NCBI GenBank assembly: GCA_951406725.2
Contig: OX597839.1
Location: 9,300,001-9,364,000 of the forward strand
Length of the DNA: 64,000 nucleotides
DNA from: Octopus vulgaris
Lineage: Eukaryota
Reading direction: 5' to 3'
Shown here one piece after another: positions 25,983-39,540 of this stretch. The number at the start of each line of letters is the position of its first letter. Positions within the stretch are counted from its first letter, which is position 1. A program made the translations under genes and the position numbers. The notes under the pieces were generated by a model. It was not told the DNA's origin, made no database searches, and saw nothing but the letters and a program-made list of their open reading frames with translations.

Positions 25983-26915
25983 GTTTCAAATTTTGGCACA
26001 AGGCATGCAATTTCGGGGTAGGGGTTAAACCGAAAATATCAACCCCTATGTCCAACTGGTACTTATTTTATCAACTTCAAAAGGATCAAAGGCAAAGTCG
26101 ACCCTGTCAAAATTTGAACTCAGAACATACAGACAGACAAAATGCCGCTGAGCAAATGATTCTACCAAATAATAATAATTGTTTCAAACATGAAATTTTA
26201 CGAAGGGGGTTAGCTGTTACCCTCAGCCCCTGTTGTTTACTTGAACTATATTTCATTGACTCCGAAAGAATGAAAGGCAAAGTTGATCTCAGTGAAAGCT
26301 GAAATCAGAATATAGGGAGTCAAAAGAAATACCACAAAGAATTTTCTCCAATACTCTATCTAGTCTGCCAATCTACCACCATTTTTAATAGATATAATTA
26401 AACACTGTAAGGCATTTTAATTAGTGGTTATCCACTTAATCACATACTCTAATAGCATACAATAATTAGGTCTAATTTAAGCACAGGGTCGGCAATTTTG
26501 CAGAGATGAGGTCAGCTGATTATATTGACCCCAGTATTTGACTGGTTATTTTTTTTTTTTTTTTATCAAACACTGAAGGGGTGGAAAGCAAAGTTACCGT
26601 GGTAGCATTTGAACTTAAATTGTAAAGAACCGGAACAATACCACAAAGCATTACATAAAGATTCAGCCAATTCACACACTTCTAATGGTGCTTTTAGGTT
26701 TTGGTGCAAGACCAGCAATTTCAAGAGGAGGGGGAAGTTTAGGGTAGGTCAATTAGATTGACTCCAGTGCTCAACTGGTACTTATTTTATTGACCCCAAA
26801 AGAACAAACGACAAAGTCAACCTCAGTGGAATTTGAACTCAGAACATAAAGATGGACAAAATGCTGCCACGAATTCTGCCCGATGTGCTAATGGTTCTGC
26901 CAGCCCGGTGCCTTA
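25983..26915 (-). mobile_element. Cluster of four co-oriented SINE-2 copies
   Basis: Repeated ggtacttattttatcgacccc..aaaggcaaagtcgacc..atttgaactcagaac blocks. Confidence 0.75.
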
Positions 26916-27041
26916 CACACTTCTTAATGATGAATAATAATTATATCTTTTATTTGCCACAACGACAATAGATAAGGCAACATCACATGGACAGTTTTAC
27001 AAAAAGTGATGGTGGAGTTACAATGAAATTGTAATGAAATC

Positions 27042-27436
27042 AGGCGCAGGAGTGGCTGTGTGGTAAGTAGTTTGCTAACCAACCACATGGTTCCGGGTTC
27101 AGTCCCACTGCGTGGCATCTTGGGCAAGTGTCTTCTGCTATAGCCCCGGGCCGACCAATGCCTTGTGAGTGGATTTGGTAGACGGAAACTGAAAGAAGCC
27201 CGTCGTATATATGTATATATATATATATGTATGTGTGTGTTTGTGTGTCTGTGTTTGTCCCCCTAGCATGGCTTGACAACCGGTGCTGGTGTGTTTATGT
27301 CCCCGTCACCTAGCGGTTCGGCAAAAGAGACCGATAGAACTGGGCTTACAAAGAATAAGTCCCAGGGTCGATTTGCTCGACTAAAGGCGGTGCTCCAGCA
27401 TGGCCACAGTCAAATGACTGAAACAAGTAAAAGAGA
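27042..27436 (+). mobile_element. SINE-1 full-length
   Basis: Complete copy whose tail runs into (GA)n. Confidence 0.92.
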
Positions 27437-28551
27437 GAGAGAGAGAGAGAGAGTTTCCCTAGCCTACTGGGGCTAGGGAATTATATCAGGATTAGACTGA
27501 TTTACTTAATTGATACCAGAAGCAAAGTTGATCCCAGCAGGATTTGAAGTCAAAACACAAAGGGAGATAACACAACAAATGCCAGGCCACAAATATGCAA
27601 GTGAGGAGTGTATTCAAATAAACTAACCCCCAAAATTTGGGAGAGGAGGTTTAGTTAATATTATCAGTCCTAATATTTGTCTGCTATTTTATTTTATTAA
27701 CTTTGGGTGAGAGGTTGAAAGGCAAGGCTGATCCGGTGAGACTTGAACTCAGAAATTAAAAGCCAGAAGACAAGTCATTTTTTCTGACATTCTACCAATT
27801 CTCTTAATTAAAGCAAGCTATAATAATTAACATTAATCCTTTGGCATTCACATAACTTTGTCAAACGAAATGCTTATTTGTTCACAATGTTTTGAATTAA
27901 CCATGTATTATCTTGTAGCTTCAAGATTTCAATGTAATTGTTTATTTTCATAATGACATTGTAGGGTAGGTGTGAGAGGCTAGATCTGGCCAGTTTGAAC
28001 ATAAAACAGGTTAACATATTTTAGCCAGATGTGGCCGGTTTGGATGTTAAAGAGTTCATCTCAGGATTAGACAAGGCTTTGGTCGGCCCGAGGCTATAGT
28101 AGAAGACACTTGCCCAAGGTGCCACGCAGTGGGACTGAACCCTGGAACCATGTGGTTCATAAGCAAGCTACTTACCACACAGCCACTCCTACACCTAAAT
28201 ATATATATATATATATATTAAACATGTTATATTACTTCATAACATATCTTCTTTACATATATGCTGACATATAAAAAAACAATTAAATCCTGTTGTGTTT
28301 GTTAACCAGACCTTCAACTCTCATAACAAAAATGATCCATCTTCACTCTAAAAAGAATGCATGCTTCATTGCTTTCCTCACCCACCTTCTACTCTCTTTT
28401 ACACACACACACACACACACACAAACATAAACACCAAACACAGCATACACACACTACAAATACATACACCCACATGTAACACACATACACATGCAGTTGA
28501 TTTAGTTTTATCCACTAACCTGTGGGTTTCTCAAAAATATGTGTATGTACA

Positions 28552-28612
<61 letters not shown>

Positions 28613-30487
28613 ATGCATGTGTGTGTGTGTGCGTGCATGTGTGTGCATGCATGTGTGTGTTGTTTCCTCATTCACATCCACACATCTTAAGACTATAATG
28701 CACCATAGTCTTATTTTCTCAACAATTTCATTTCAATTTTCTACTTTTAACTCCTGAAAATTGTACAACAAATATATTACATATGTTCCTGTTCCTACGG
28801 AGAGGTGCTTTTGATATTTCAGGCTATGACTTTCTATAGAACACTGCCTGAAAAGATCTGAGCTTCAGATTTTCTCAGGAAGATTGATGCTCCACCTAAA
28901 ACATCTGAAATTATGACCTTCAGACTTCTACATAAAGGCACTCTAGAAAAGAATAAGATCTGAGCTTTAGATTTCTTCAGGGCACCACCTGAGGCATCGA
29001 AAGTTTGATATCAAGATTTTTTTTTTAAATAATGCTATCTGAAATGTCACACTCACCTCTCATCAAGACACACATAATTTTGGTAGCTGCTTTTTCGCCC
29101 ACACAAGCCCTTGGTAGTTTCTTCATATTGTAAGATTTTTTTGGCATTTACAAAGATATGGAACTACATGAAGAAGCTGAGAGAGTAGGCATAGCTGTGT
29201 GGTAAGAAGAGAGAGTAGTGGGTGCTTTTACGGTGGCACGTAAAAGCACCAACTACACTCTTGGAGTGGTTGGCGTTAGGAAGGGCATCCAGCTGTAGAA
29301 ACTCTGCCCGATCAGATTGGAGTCTGGTGCAGCCATCTGGTTCGCCAGACCTCAGTCAAATCGTCCAACCCATGCTAGCATGGAAAGCAGACGTTAAACG
29401 ATGATGATGATGATGAACACATACACATTCTGTTTTCTTTTCACCTGCCTCCCCCTCCCTTCCCATACACATACAAAACTTTAAAAATGATATTATGGTC
29501 GAGCATGTGATAGTGAAAACCTCCAGCATTCTTGGCTCCCAGACCATATTCCTGCTCATTGCTATCAAGACGGCGATGGCTGTCCACAAATGCAAGCCCT
29601 GTGAACCAGAGTAGCTACTCCAGTGCATTTTCCTTGCCATCCCCTGGGGCAACACCTTTCCTGTTTTGTCTGTTGGGGCCATGGGAAATGTTTCCAAAAA
29701 TGATATTATTTTGTTGATTCTATTCAAGAAAGACAATACAAAAAAAAATGGAAAGAAATAAAGTATATGCCCAGATTGCCTCAACTTCTTTTTTCGTCCT
29801 CATCATCATCACCATCATCAGCGGTATTATCTGGTATTTATATATTCAAATGAAATCATTAAATGCAAACATATTCAGAAAGTGACTTTCTTTTGAAAGG
29901 ATGCAATTAAAAGAAAGTGATGGTAGCAGACAGACAGCAAGGGAGGAATGAGGTTGGGTTGAAATCGTACAAAAAATACATAAGATTATATATTTTTTAA
30001 ACAAGAAACACATAAACCAACACACATATACACAGAGTAAAAGAAGAAAACAAAAGACATCTTTGATATAGATTTAAAACTAAAATAATACAATAATATG
30101 ACATCACTTTAGCAAAAATTTTGTATAGAAGCATGTTAAGTGAATACAGAGCTTTCGTTAGACAGCACCTATTAGAGGGAAAAACCAAATCGTTTAGGCC
30201 AAAAACACTAGATAAATCAATAAGTCTGTCTGTCTGTCTGTCAAATGATCTATCTCTTTCTCACACACATACAAATGAACATCGAATACACAGTTACATG
30301 ATTTATGAAGTAAAACAAATTGCCTCTGTGAATTTTTTAAAAATAATTATTGTTTCAAAGAGATTGGATGTAAAAAAGCATAAAGGAAAAAAACCAATTA
30401 AGATATATTTAACTCCTGCCCTCAACCCACAGGAACATGTAATAATCAAAGACAAAACAGGATTTCTAGCCTAGCTATTCTATATTT

Positions 30488-30937
30488 TTAACCCTTTAAC
30501 CCTTTCGTTACCGTATTTATTTTGAGATGCTCTGAGTTTCTTTCAATTATTTTAAATGTAACAAAGAATTTAGTAAAATAACTTAGTTATCATTAAGCTA
30601 GTGTTAGGAACATAACTTGTGACTAATGTTTGGTGGAAAATTTTAATTCAAAACTTATGAAAATGAAACATTTGTAGTACAGATCCAGAGCTGGTTTCAG
30701 CTGGGTTGGTAACAAAAGGGTTAACATTTAAACTGACCATATCTGGCCCAAATATTCTACCTCTTTTATGTTTAAACTGGCCAGATGTGACCTCCCACAC
30801 CAACCATACGATATCATTCTAAAAGCTAACAGTCACCTCATCAAAACCTCAAAGCTACAAGATAATGCATGATTAATTAAAGACAATATGAATAAATAAG
30901 CATTACTTTTGAGAGAATGTGAATGCTAAAGGGTTAA
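30488..30937. mobile_element. MITE B (30496-30724) nested in the TIR of MITE A
   Basis: TTAA-ccctttcgttacc...ggtaacaaaaggg-TTAA inside the A terminus ccctttaa|catttaaac. Confidence 0.88.
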
Positions 30938-32059
30938 GAGTTAACTCTTTTAATCCTGATCAAGAAACATCTATAGGCGTAGGAGTGACTGTGTGGTAAG
31001 TAGCTTGCTTACGAACCACATGGTTCCGGGTTCAGTCCCACTGCGTGGCACCTTGGGCTAGTGTCTTCTACTATAGCCCCGGGCCGACCAAAGCCTTGTG
31101 AGTGGATTTAGTAGACAGAAACTGAAAGAAGCCCGTCGTATATATGCAATCCAGAGATCCATATCTCCACTGAAATAATTCTGTACATCCTGACATGCTG
31201 TGGTTAACTGAATGTAGTGTATTACTGCAATTTGAGAATATTCCATTTTCTCCTCTGTTCAGTCTGTTTTTATATGCCTGTAGAAATGAAGCCTAGCTTT
31301 TTCTTTTCCATTGTGGCTGCCACCTGATGCTCTTTATTGCCAACTGTGTAAAACTAACAATTGAAGTTCTTCCACCTCTTCATAATAAATATCTTATCAC
31401 AAGCCAATGAGATGTTACAAGTGGCAGGTAAATTTCTCTCAAATTACATGCCATTTTTTAACCTTTTAGCATTCAGATTACTGTCACATATAACACTTAT
31501 TTATTCACATTGTTTTAAATTAATTATACATTATTTGATAGCTTCAAAATTTTGATGCGATTGTAAATTGTTAGAATGACATTGTAGAGTAGGTGTGAGA
31601 GGCCAGATCTGGCTGGTTTGAATATAAAACAGATAGGATATATTTGGGCCAGATACAACCAGTTCAAATACTAAAGTGTCAAAAAGCAACACATTGGATA
31701 ATGAGTCCTAAACACTCTCTATCTGAATTCTGAGCAAAAATGGGATGTTCAAGAACTGCCGAATGATCAGCGCTGACTGTGAACAAAACAATAATAAAAA
31801 CAAATATCTCACTAATCTCCTTCCTCTTTTGTTATTGGAAGATCAGGTGTGAACATGGGATTTCTACTTCAACAACCTCTAAGTGTGAAATGATAGAAGA
31901 TAAAATATTTTTGGTGAACAATGAAGAACTAAAAAAAAAAATTTAAACAGTTTTTCTAAGTAAGGCGTTAAAAGCAATTTATTGAAAACTGATTTTCCTT
32001 TCGCTTCTTTATCCAAAGCCATTAATGCAGTGTATTAGAGGTTATATAAGTAGTTCGAG

Positions 32060-32475
32060 GCAGCGAGCTGGCAGAATCGTTAGCACGCTGGGCGAAATGC
32101 TTAGTGGTATTTCGTCTGTCGTTACATTCTGAGTTCAAATTACGCCGAGGTCGACTTTCCCTTTCATCCTTTCGGGGTCAATAAATAAAGTACCAGTTTC
32201 GCACTGGGGTCGATATAATCGACTTAATCCCTTTGTCTGTCCTTGTTTGTCTCCTCTGTGTTTAGCCCCTTGTGGGTAATAAAGAAATAGGTATTTCGTC
32301 TGTCGTTACGTTCTGAGTTCAAATTACGCCAAGGTCGTCTTTCCCTTTCATCCTTTCGGGGTCGATAAATTAAGTACCAGTTTCGCACTAGGGTCGATAT
32401 AATTGACTTAATCCCTTTGTCTGTCCTTGTTTGTCCCCTCTATGTTTAGCCCCTTGTGGGCAATAAAGAAATATA
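32060..32475 (+). mobile_element. SINE-2 (tRNA head plus Nin/Deu-like domain), dimeric
   Basis: Head agctggcagaatcgttagc..gagttcaaatt, then cctttcatcctttcggggtcgataaa..gtaccag; second monomer starts about 32290; 17-bp TSD tatataagtarttcgag. Confidence 0.88.
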
Positions 32476-32743
32476 TATATAAGTAATTCGAGTCAGTCTA
32501 AACATTAGAGAAACAACTTCCTCCCTGGATGTAATGCCAGATTATAGCAAATTTATTTTTGACACCTGAGCCTTGGTGGATTTTTTATTCACTACTACAA
32601 AAGTAGCAAAGTCTCATATTCTACAAATAACCATTTCATATCACTTTTGTCTTCAATCAGTAATTCTTTTAGGAAAGCATGAATATTTCAACTTCAATGT
32701 ATCGTTAAAACGTTAGGTTTGGGTCATGCTTACATACAAAATA

Positions 32744-32935
32744 TACGATAGGGTGCTGAAAAATTCATGGCTTTAAGGGTACTGTAAAAAAGCCTGTTTG
32801 GAGGCCCAACCTTGTGAGTTTTTTCACAGGGCTTAGAAAAACTGAAGGACTACTGCAATTGAATAAAATCATAATTGACTGATCCTCCTGTATTTTCTTT
32901 TACCCAAAATCAAGGACTTTTCAGCACCACTTTAT
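32744..32935 (+). mobile_element. Mariner-derived MITE
   Basis: TIR gggtgctgaaaa...ttttcagcacc with TA ends; sister copies retain the transposase C-terminus. Confidence 0.8.
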
Positions 32936-33185
32936 AAGCACTACAATTAGAACAACTACTGCAACCACCACTACAAACATTACAATCATTATCACTACTA
33001 CTACCACCAAACCACCAGAAACACCACCTCCACCACCACCGCTACCACTATCTCTATAATTGTTTAGAAGTGTTAGGAATAAAATTACATCTTTTCAACA
33101 AAAACTTACAAACCAAATCTTTACAAAATATATATTTTCTTTTCTAAGTTCTTTAACATCAATTCACAACACACACAAACACATA

Positions 33186-33249
<64 letters not shown>

Positions 33250-33716
33250 TCACTTTCTCACATTTCCACTTCCTTCTCTCTTCTCTTTCCTCTCTGGAAT
33301 ATCAACAACTACTGTGCAATTGAAAAGCAGATACTCAAAGATTTTGTTTTTTTTTCATCAACACTATTATTATTAATTATTTCTATAAAGCTTTTCTATT
33401 GTTTTTTTCTTTCGCTTTTTTTTTTTTTGTATTCATCTTTCTCCATAATTCTGCTTTTTAATTTTTTTTTTTTTTTTCCAACAGGAAAACACAATCAACA
33501 AGTTTAGCACAGATCACACAGCTGACATCTCTTTTTCTACATATCAAATCAATATATTCAAGTGGTGAGCAGAACAGAATAAAAAGTGCAATGAAAACAA
33601 GATGAGTTATCACTTACAACCATTTCTTTTTAATTTCTATTGTAGATTTCTACTAAGATAAATCATCAAAGGTTTTATTAAATAAATGAGTTATGTAGAC
33701 GTATGCAAATATAATA

Positions 33717-34122
<406 letters not shown>

Positions 34123-34243
34123 ATTAGTGTGGCTATAATTAATTCCAGGTTAACAAAGGTTTGCATACATCAGCAAATTATTTTTTGCTGTTTATATACA
34201 AGAACAGCAATTCTTAGTGGGCCATGAACAATGGATTCAGTGT

Positions 34244-34288
34244 CTGTAGCTGATGAAGCGCAATGACGCAGAAATGTGTGTCCTGTAG
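34244..34288 (+). ncRNA. Degenerate minimal hammerhead ribozyme
   Basis: ctgtag-CTGATGA-agcg-caatga-cgca-GAAA-tgtgt-GTC-ctgtag; stem III looks like CpG-decayed gaaacgcgcgtc. Confidence 0.6.
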
Positions 34289-34444
34289 CCCAATGATGTC
34301 ATTTATAACCCTGTGTAGTGTATTTTCACACACATTGTCTGTAAGGAGAATTTTTCTCCTGAGGCAGTTTCCTCAGCAAAGGTCTTCCCATGTCTGAATG
34401 CACATGAATGTGTTAAATAATATAAAATCTGAATCAGTATTGCA

Positions 34445-34841
34445 TACTCTTTACTCTTTACTCTTTTACTTGTTTCAGTCATTTGACTGCGACCATGCTG
34501 GAGCACCGCCTTTTAGTCGAGCAAATCGACCCTAGGACTTATTTTTTTGTAAGCCTAGTACTTATTCTATCGGTCTCTTATGCCGAACCGCTAAGTTATG
34601 GGGATGTGAACACACCAGCATCGGTTGTCAAGCGATGTTGAGGGGACAAACACAGACACACAAACATATACACACACATACATATATATATATATACATA
34701 TATACGACAGGCTTCTTTCAGTTTCTATCTACCAAATCCATTCATAAGGCTTTGGTCGGCCCGAGGCTATAGTAGAAGACACTTGCCCAAGGTACCACGC
34801 AGTGGGACTGAACCCAGAACCGTGTGATTGGTAAGCAAGCT
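34445..34841 (-). mobile_element. SINE-1 near full-length
   Basis: Reverse copy. Confidence 0.9.
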
Positions 34842-35299
34842 AAAAACTTTTGACTTAAACATGCTGCAAACACTAGCTTCATAATAACTGCTTCAAATTT
34901 TGGCACAAGGCCAGCAATTTTATGGGAAGGGGCTAATCAATTAGATCAAATCCAGTACTTGACTGGTACTTTATTTTATCGACCCAGGGACGATGACTGA
35001 CAAAGCTGACATCAGCATGATAATGATGGTCCATTCCCATTGATTTCAACATATGAGTGTTTGAAGGAGAGGATTTATAATAATAAAAAAAAAAGGGGGT
35101 TAAAAATAAAAGAAGTTGCATCTATTTGCGATGGATGTGTGAATGTAATTTGAGTCCAGGAATGGATTTTGCTACAAAGTCACAATGGGGACAATGATAA
35201 TTTTGGTTAAGCCTGAGATTGGGCAAATGTGTTTGTTGCTTGCAGGCTAGTGTTCTGTTTCTTCAACTTAAATTATTTAGATGCATCATGACACATTTT

Positions 35300-35458
35300 A
35301 CACCACTCAGATTGATCTCAGCAATAACTTCCCCCAAGGTGTCAAATTAAGCTGTAGGGATTTTAGTGATTGCTTCAAGTTGGATTCCTTCTACTTGCTG
35401 GTCACAGAAAAAAAATTTTGGAGTGTGGTCATCATACATTAAAACATGTCCTACCCAT

Positions 35459-35459
<1 letters not shown>
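35300..35459 (-). mobile_element. Old RTE-like LINE fragment
   Basis: RWVGHVLMYDDHTPKFFF resembles RTE RWxGHVxRMxDxRxPK. Confidence 0.55.
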
Positions 35460-35492
<33 letters not shown>

Positions 35493-35539
35493 CACTACCA
35501 CTACTACTACCACTATCACTACTACTACTACTACTACTA

Positions 35540-35594
<55 letters not shown>

Positions 35595-35600
35595 CACTAT

Positions 35601-35636
<36 letters not shown>

Positions 35637-35662
35637 CACTACTACTACTACTACCACTACCA

Positions 35663-35694
<32 letters not shown>
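35460..35694. repeat. (TAC)n microsatellite
   Basis: Directly visible. Confidence 0.97.
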
Positions 35695-35695
<1 letters not shown>

Positions 35696-35825
35696 AACAA
35701 AAATCTGAATGCTAAAGGGTTAATGTAGCTGAAGCTTGTGGAAGAGAGTGACCCATGTTTTCCTGGGTCACTCTCTTCCACAAGCTACTACTACACACAT
35801 AAACAAAAAGTTATTCATACTAGCA

Positions 35826-35891
<66 letters not shown>

Positions 35892-36995
35892 AGCACGTAG
35901 GTATATACCTAAGAGAAGTAGCAAAATCTACAGCACAAAGCATGAGAGAAAACAAAAAGTGAGAAAGTGAATCAAGCAGATAAATACCAAGAGAAATGGA
36001 TACAATATTGAATCCTTAACAGCTCTTTTGATTCAAAACCCACCTGAGACCTCCTCAAATCCTAAAGTCAAAAGTATCTCATTTCTAACCTCATTTCTAA
36101 TGCCCAAGGTGCCACGCAGTGGGAACCTTGGGCAAGTATCTATACAAACGTAGATAGCATGTTTGTATTTTGTTGCAATTATTGTCATAAAAGGGTTAAA
36201 GATAGGTGCTACCAGTGATTTTATCTATAAAGGAAAAACATACAACAAGAAATACAACAATCGATAAACTAATCAATATTCAAACAGCAAATAGGTGATC
36301 AGAGAAGTTGTTTGAATATAAAATTTAGAAATACAAAGTTGTCAATAACTGAAGAATAGAATATCGGAAAAAGAAACAATGTCTGTGTGTACATCTTGGT
36401 ATTCGTGTGGTGCTGGGAAAACTGTGAAGTATGAAAGAAACATATCAAGAACTCCCACAGTATGTAATTATAATGGTTTCATACTTTGGCACAGCGCCAG
36501 TAATTTTGATGGGCGGAGGCCAGCTAATTAAACTGACCCCAGTACTCAACTAGCACTTTATTTTATTGACACCAAAAGGATGTAGGGTAAAGATGACCTC
36601 AGTGGAATTTGAACTCAGAACAGTGGCTGTGTGGTAATATATATGTGTGTGTGTTTGTGTGTCTGTGTTTGTCCCCCTAGCATTGCTTGACAACTGATGC
36701 TGGTGTGTTTACGTCCCCGTCACTTAGCAGTTCGGCAAAAGAGACCGATAGAATAAGTACTGGGCTTACAAAGAATAAGTCCCGGGGTCGATTTGCTCGA
36801 CTAAAGGCAGTGCTCCAGCATGGCCGCAGTCAAATGACTGAAACAAGTAAAAGAGTAAAAGAGTAAAAGAGCCAGGAAAAATGCCGCAAAGCATTTTTTG
36901 TCTGGCACACTAACAATTCTGCTAGCTTGCTGTCTTTATAATTCTTTCAAATCTTGGTTCAAAGCCAATGATTTTAGGAAGAGTAGTTAGTTAAA

Positions 36996-37399
36996 TACAA
37001 GGGGTTGCTAAAAAGTTCCTGGCTTGAAGGGTATCACAAAAGGCCTGGTTGGAGGCCCAATCTTCCCAGTTCTTTTACAGGGCTTAGAAAAACTGAAGGA
37101 CCACTGCAATAAGCATGTGAATCTAAGAGAGGAATATCGTCATCATCATCATCATCATCTACACTAGCGTGACAGAGAAGCCAGGTCATACCTGTAATAA
37201 ACCCAATTCTTAGATATGGATGGGTGTGTTCAACCGTGCGTGAGGCAGCGGGAACAGCAACACCATGGATAGTGTGTGAGTGTAGGGACGCCTAACCTGG
37301 ACAGATCAGCCGAAAGTGCCAGTGATCGATGTTCAGATGGATCACCAAGAATAAAATTAAATTATAATTAACTGATCCTCCTGTCTTTTCTTTTACCCA
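36996..37399 (+). mobile_element. Mariner-derived MITE carrying a ~210-bp insert with a (CAT)n end
   Basis: MITE sequence breaks at gaatat (about 37137) and resumes at gaataaaat (about 37349). Confidence 0.75.
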
Positions 37400-38104
37400 G
37401 CCACATCAAGCAAGAGCATGAAGCAACAGCAAGAAGAACATAAAATAAATTCTACAAGGCATTTTTTTACCCAATGCTCTAATGATTCTGCCAAATGTCT
37501 TTGGTTTCTAATTTAGACACAAGACCAGCAATTTCGAGTGGAGATGTTGGTTGATACCACTGACTCCAGGACTAAAATGTTATTATATTTTACAGACCCT
37601 AGAGGGTGCAAAGCAAAGCTGACCTTGGTGGGCTCAAAAGTAGTGGAGGAGGCAATATAAAAAGAAAGAAAAAAAAAAGAAACAGGATACAAAGATACAA
37701 AATTTAAGGGCTTACATAAAAGCTAGTAAAAAACAAAAGTAACAACCACAGGTAACAATAAAATAAAAATAAATAAAATAAAAAGTCCCTTATTGGGAAA
37801 GGAGACATCCAGCATAAGATAAGATCTGATCCACCAAGAACTAGCAAAGCTCAGGTGCTGAGTAGCTTTATGTAGAATCATTATGTTACTTTACCCACGT
37901 CTCAAACTGGCAATTCACCATTGCCCCATTGAATTAGCACTGCCAGACCAGGAATTTCTAGACATTACCCTTAAATCCCAGGCCAAATGTTCTCTGGAAG
38001 AGAGCAGTTATTTAGTTATTGCCAATGACCAAAGAATTTCTCCAAAAACATAGTCTTCTCATACCAAATAGTAACAGAGTTAAAATATTCTAAATATTCT
38101 ACAC

Positions 38105-38515
38105 CCAGACACCCATAAAATTATTAACCATCTTACAAACAATAACTCTGAGCACCTTTTCAAACTCTACCTGTCTAACACCCATGGACATGTTTACAAA
38201 GTCAGAAAACAGCACAGCTCCTATGACTTTCAGAAACATTTTTTCACGTTAAGAGTTGCTGAAGCATGGAACAGACTGCCGGCATCAGTTGTTAGTTGTC
38301 GGAGCACTGCATCCTTCAAAACTTCCATGCTTCCTGAGATTCGCCAACACTACACCTGATATTCTCCCCTCCATACACACACAAGCATGTATCTGACTCA
38401 TACACTGTTCACTTTCCAGACATTTGTACAGTACTGCATATACTTTATACGCACTGTTTGACAAATTGTGGTGCACCTGAGCACTGTATACAATAATTTC
38501 ATTATTATTATTATT
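38105..38515 (+). mobile_element. CR1-clade LINE 3' end (second subfamily)
   Basis: GHVYKVRKQHSSYDFQKHFFTLRVAEAWNRLPASVV...FK; (att)n tail. Confidence 0.82.
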
Positions 38516-38525
38516 TTATTTAAAA

Positions 38526-38848
38526 CAGTGGCTCCCAACCACTTTTTACGTATGGATCCCTTTGATTACTATTCTATTCTAGTGGACCTCCATAACCATT
38601 TGATGCTTAAAAATTAGTTTTATAGAAACTTCTTCAAAATCCCTATTTTGTTTTTCACGTGTTAACTTGCACAGGTTCAACTATGTTTAACGTTAAAAAA
38701 AAAAACCTAGTCGTTTCTTGCAATACGTACATCTGAAACAAAAATTTTTCACAGACCCTTAAAATACTACTGTGGATCCTCCCAAATTTATTATTTTGCT
38801 TGTGTGAACCCCGAAAAATATCAAGTGGACCCCAGTTGAGAACAACTG
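38526..38848 (+). mobile_element. hAT (Charlie-like) MITE
   Basis: TIRs cagtggctcccaacc and agttgagaacaactg; imperfect 8-bp flanks atttaaaa and ttctaaaa. Confidence 0.75.
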
Positions 38849-38904
38849 TTCTAAAATAAAGTCTGAATGAATGATAAGAGGAAAGACAAAAAAAAAATCT
38901 TGTT

Positions 38905-38935
<31 letters not shown>

Positions 38936-39491
38936 ACATGCGCACACACACATGCACACAAAATTGTTGAAGTCATTCCTTAGATTATACATTTCTTGGT
39001 TTTGTCTGTTAATCAATTATCCATTCCATTTGGAAAGTAACATCAGGAATTAAAATACAATCAAGAATATTATTATTTCTTCTTTTAGAAGAAAGTATCC
39101 AATAATTTTCAAAAGCATTGAGTACTCTTTGCTTGGTGTATGTTTTTTTTTTTACTTCACTTTTTACACTATATATAGGTATTGTTTTCTTATTTTATTA
39201 GTATTTTGATTAATAAAATCAAAACTAAACAAGTCAAGAAGAGGAAGCTTTGGGAAAGATTTATAGAAACAAAATATGCAAGAAATTTTACATTATATAA
39301 ATTGGAAAAGAAGGAAAAAGAAATCAAAACTAACCTGATGTATAATCTTGGCTTGCAATTCCAGTGTAAGAAGTGACTGTGAAATAGAAAAAGAAAAAAT
39401 ATATATATATACATATTTACATATTTACATATATGTATGTGTGGGGGATATAATAGTGGGTATGCACACACACAAACAAGTATGCATGTGA

Positions 39492-39540
<49 letters not shown>

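Noticed and set aside
36101-36134. Short hairpin tgcccaagg/ccttgggca
   Set aside because: Two tiny opposed SINE-1 fragments; no independent significance.
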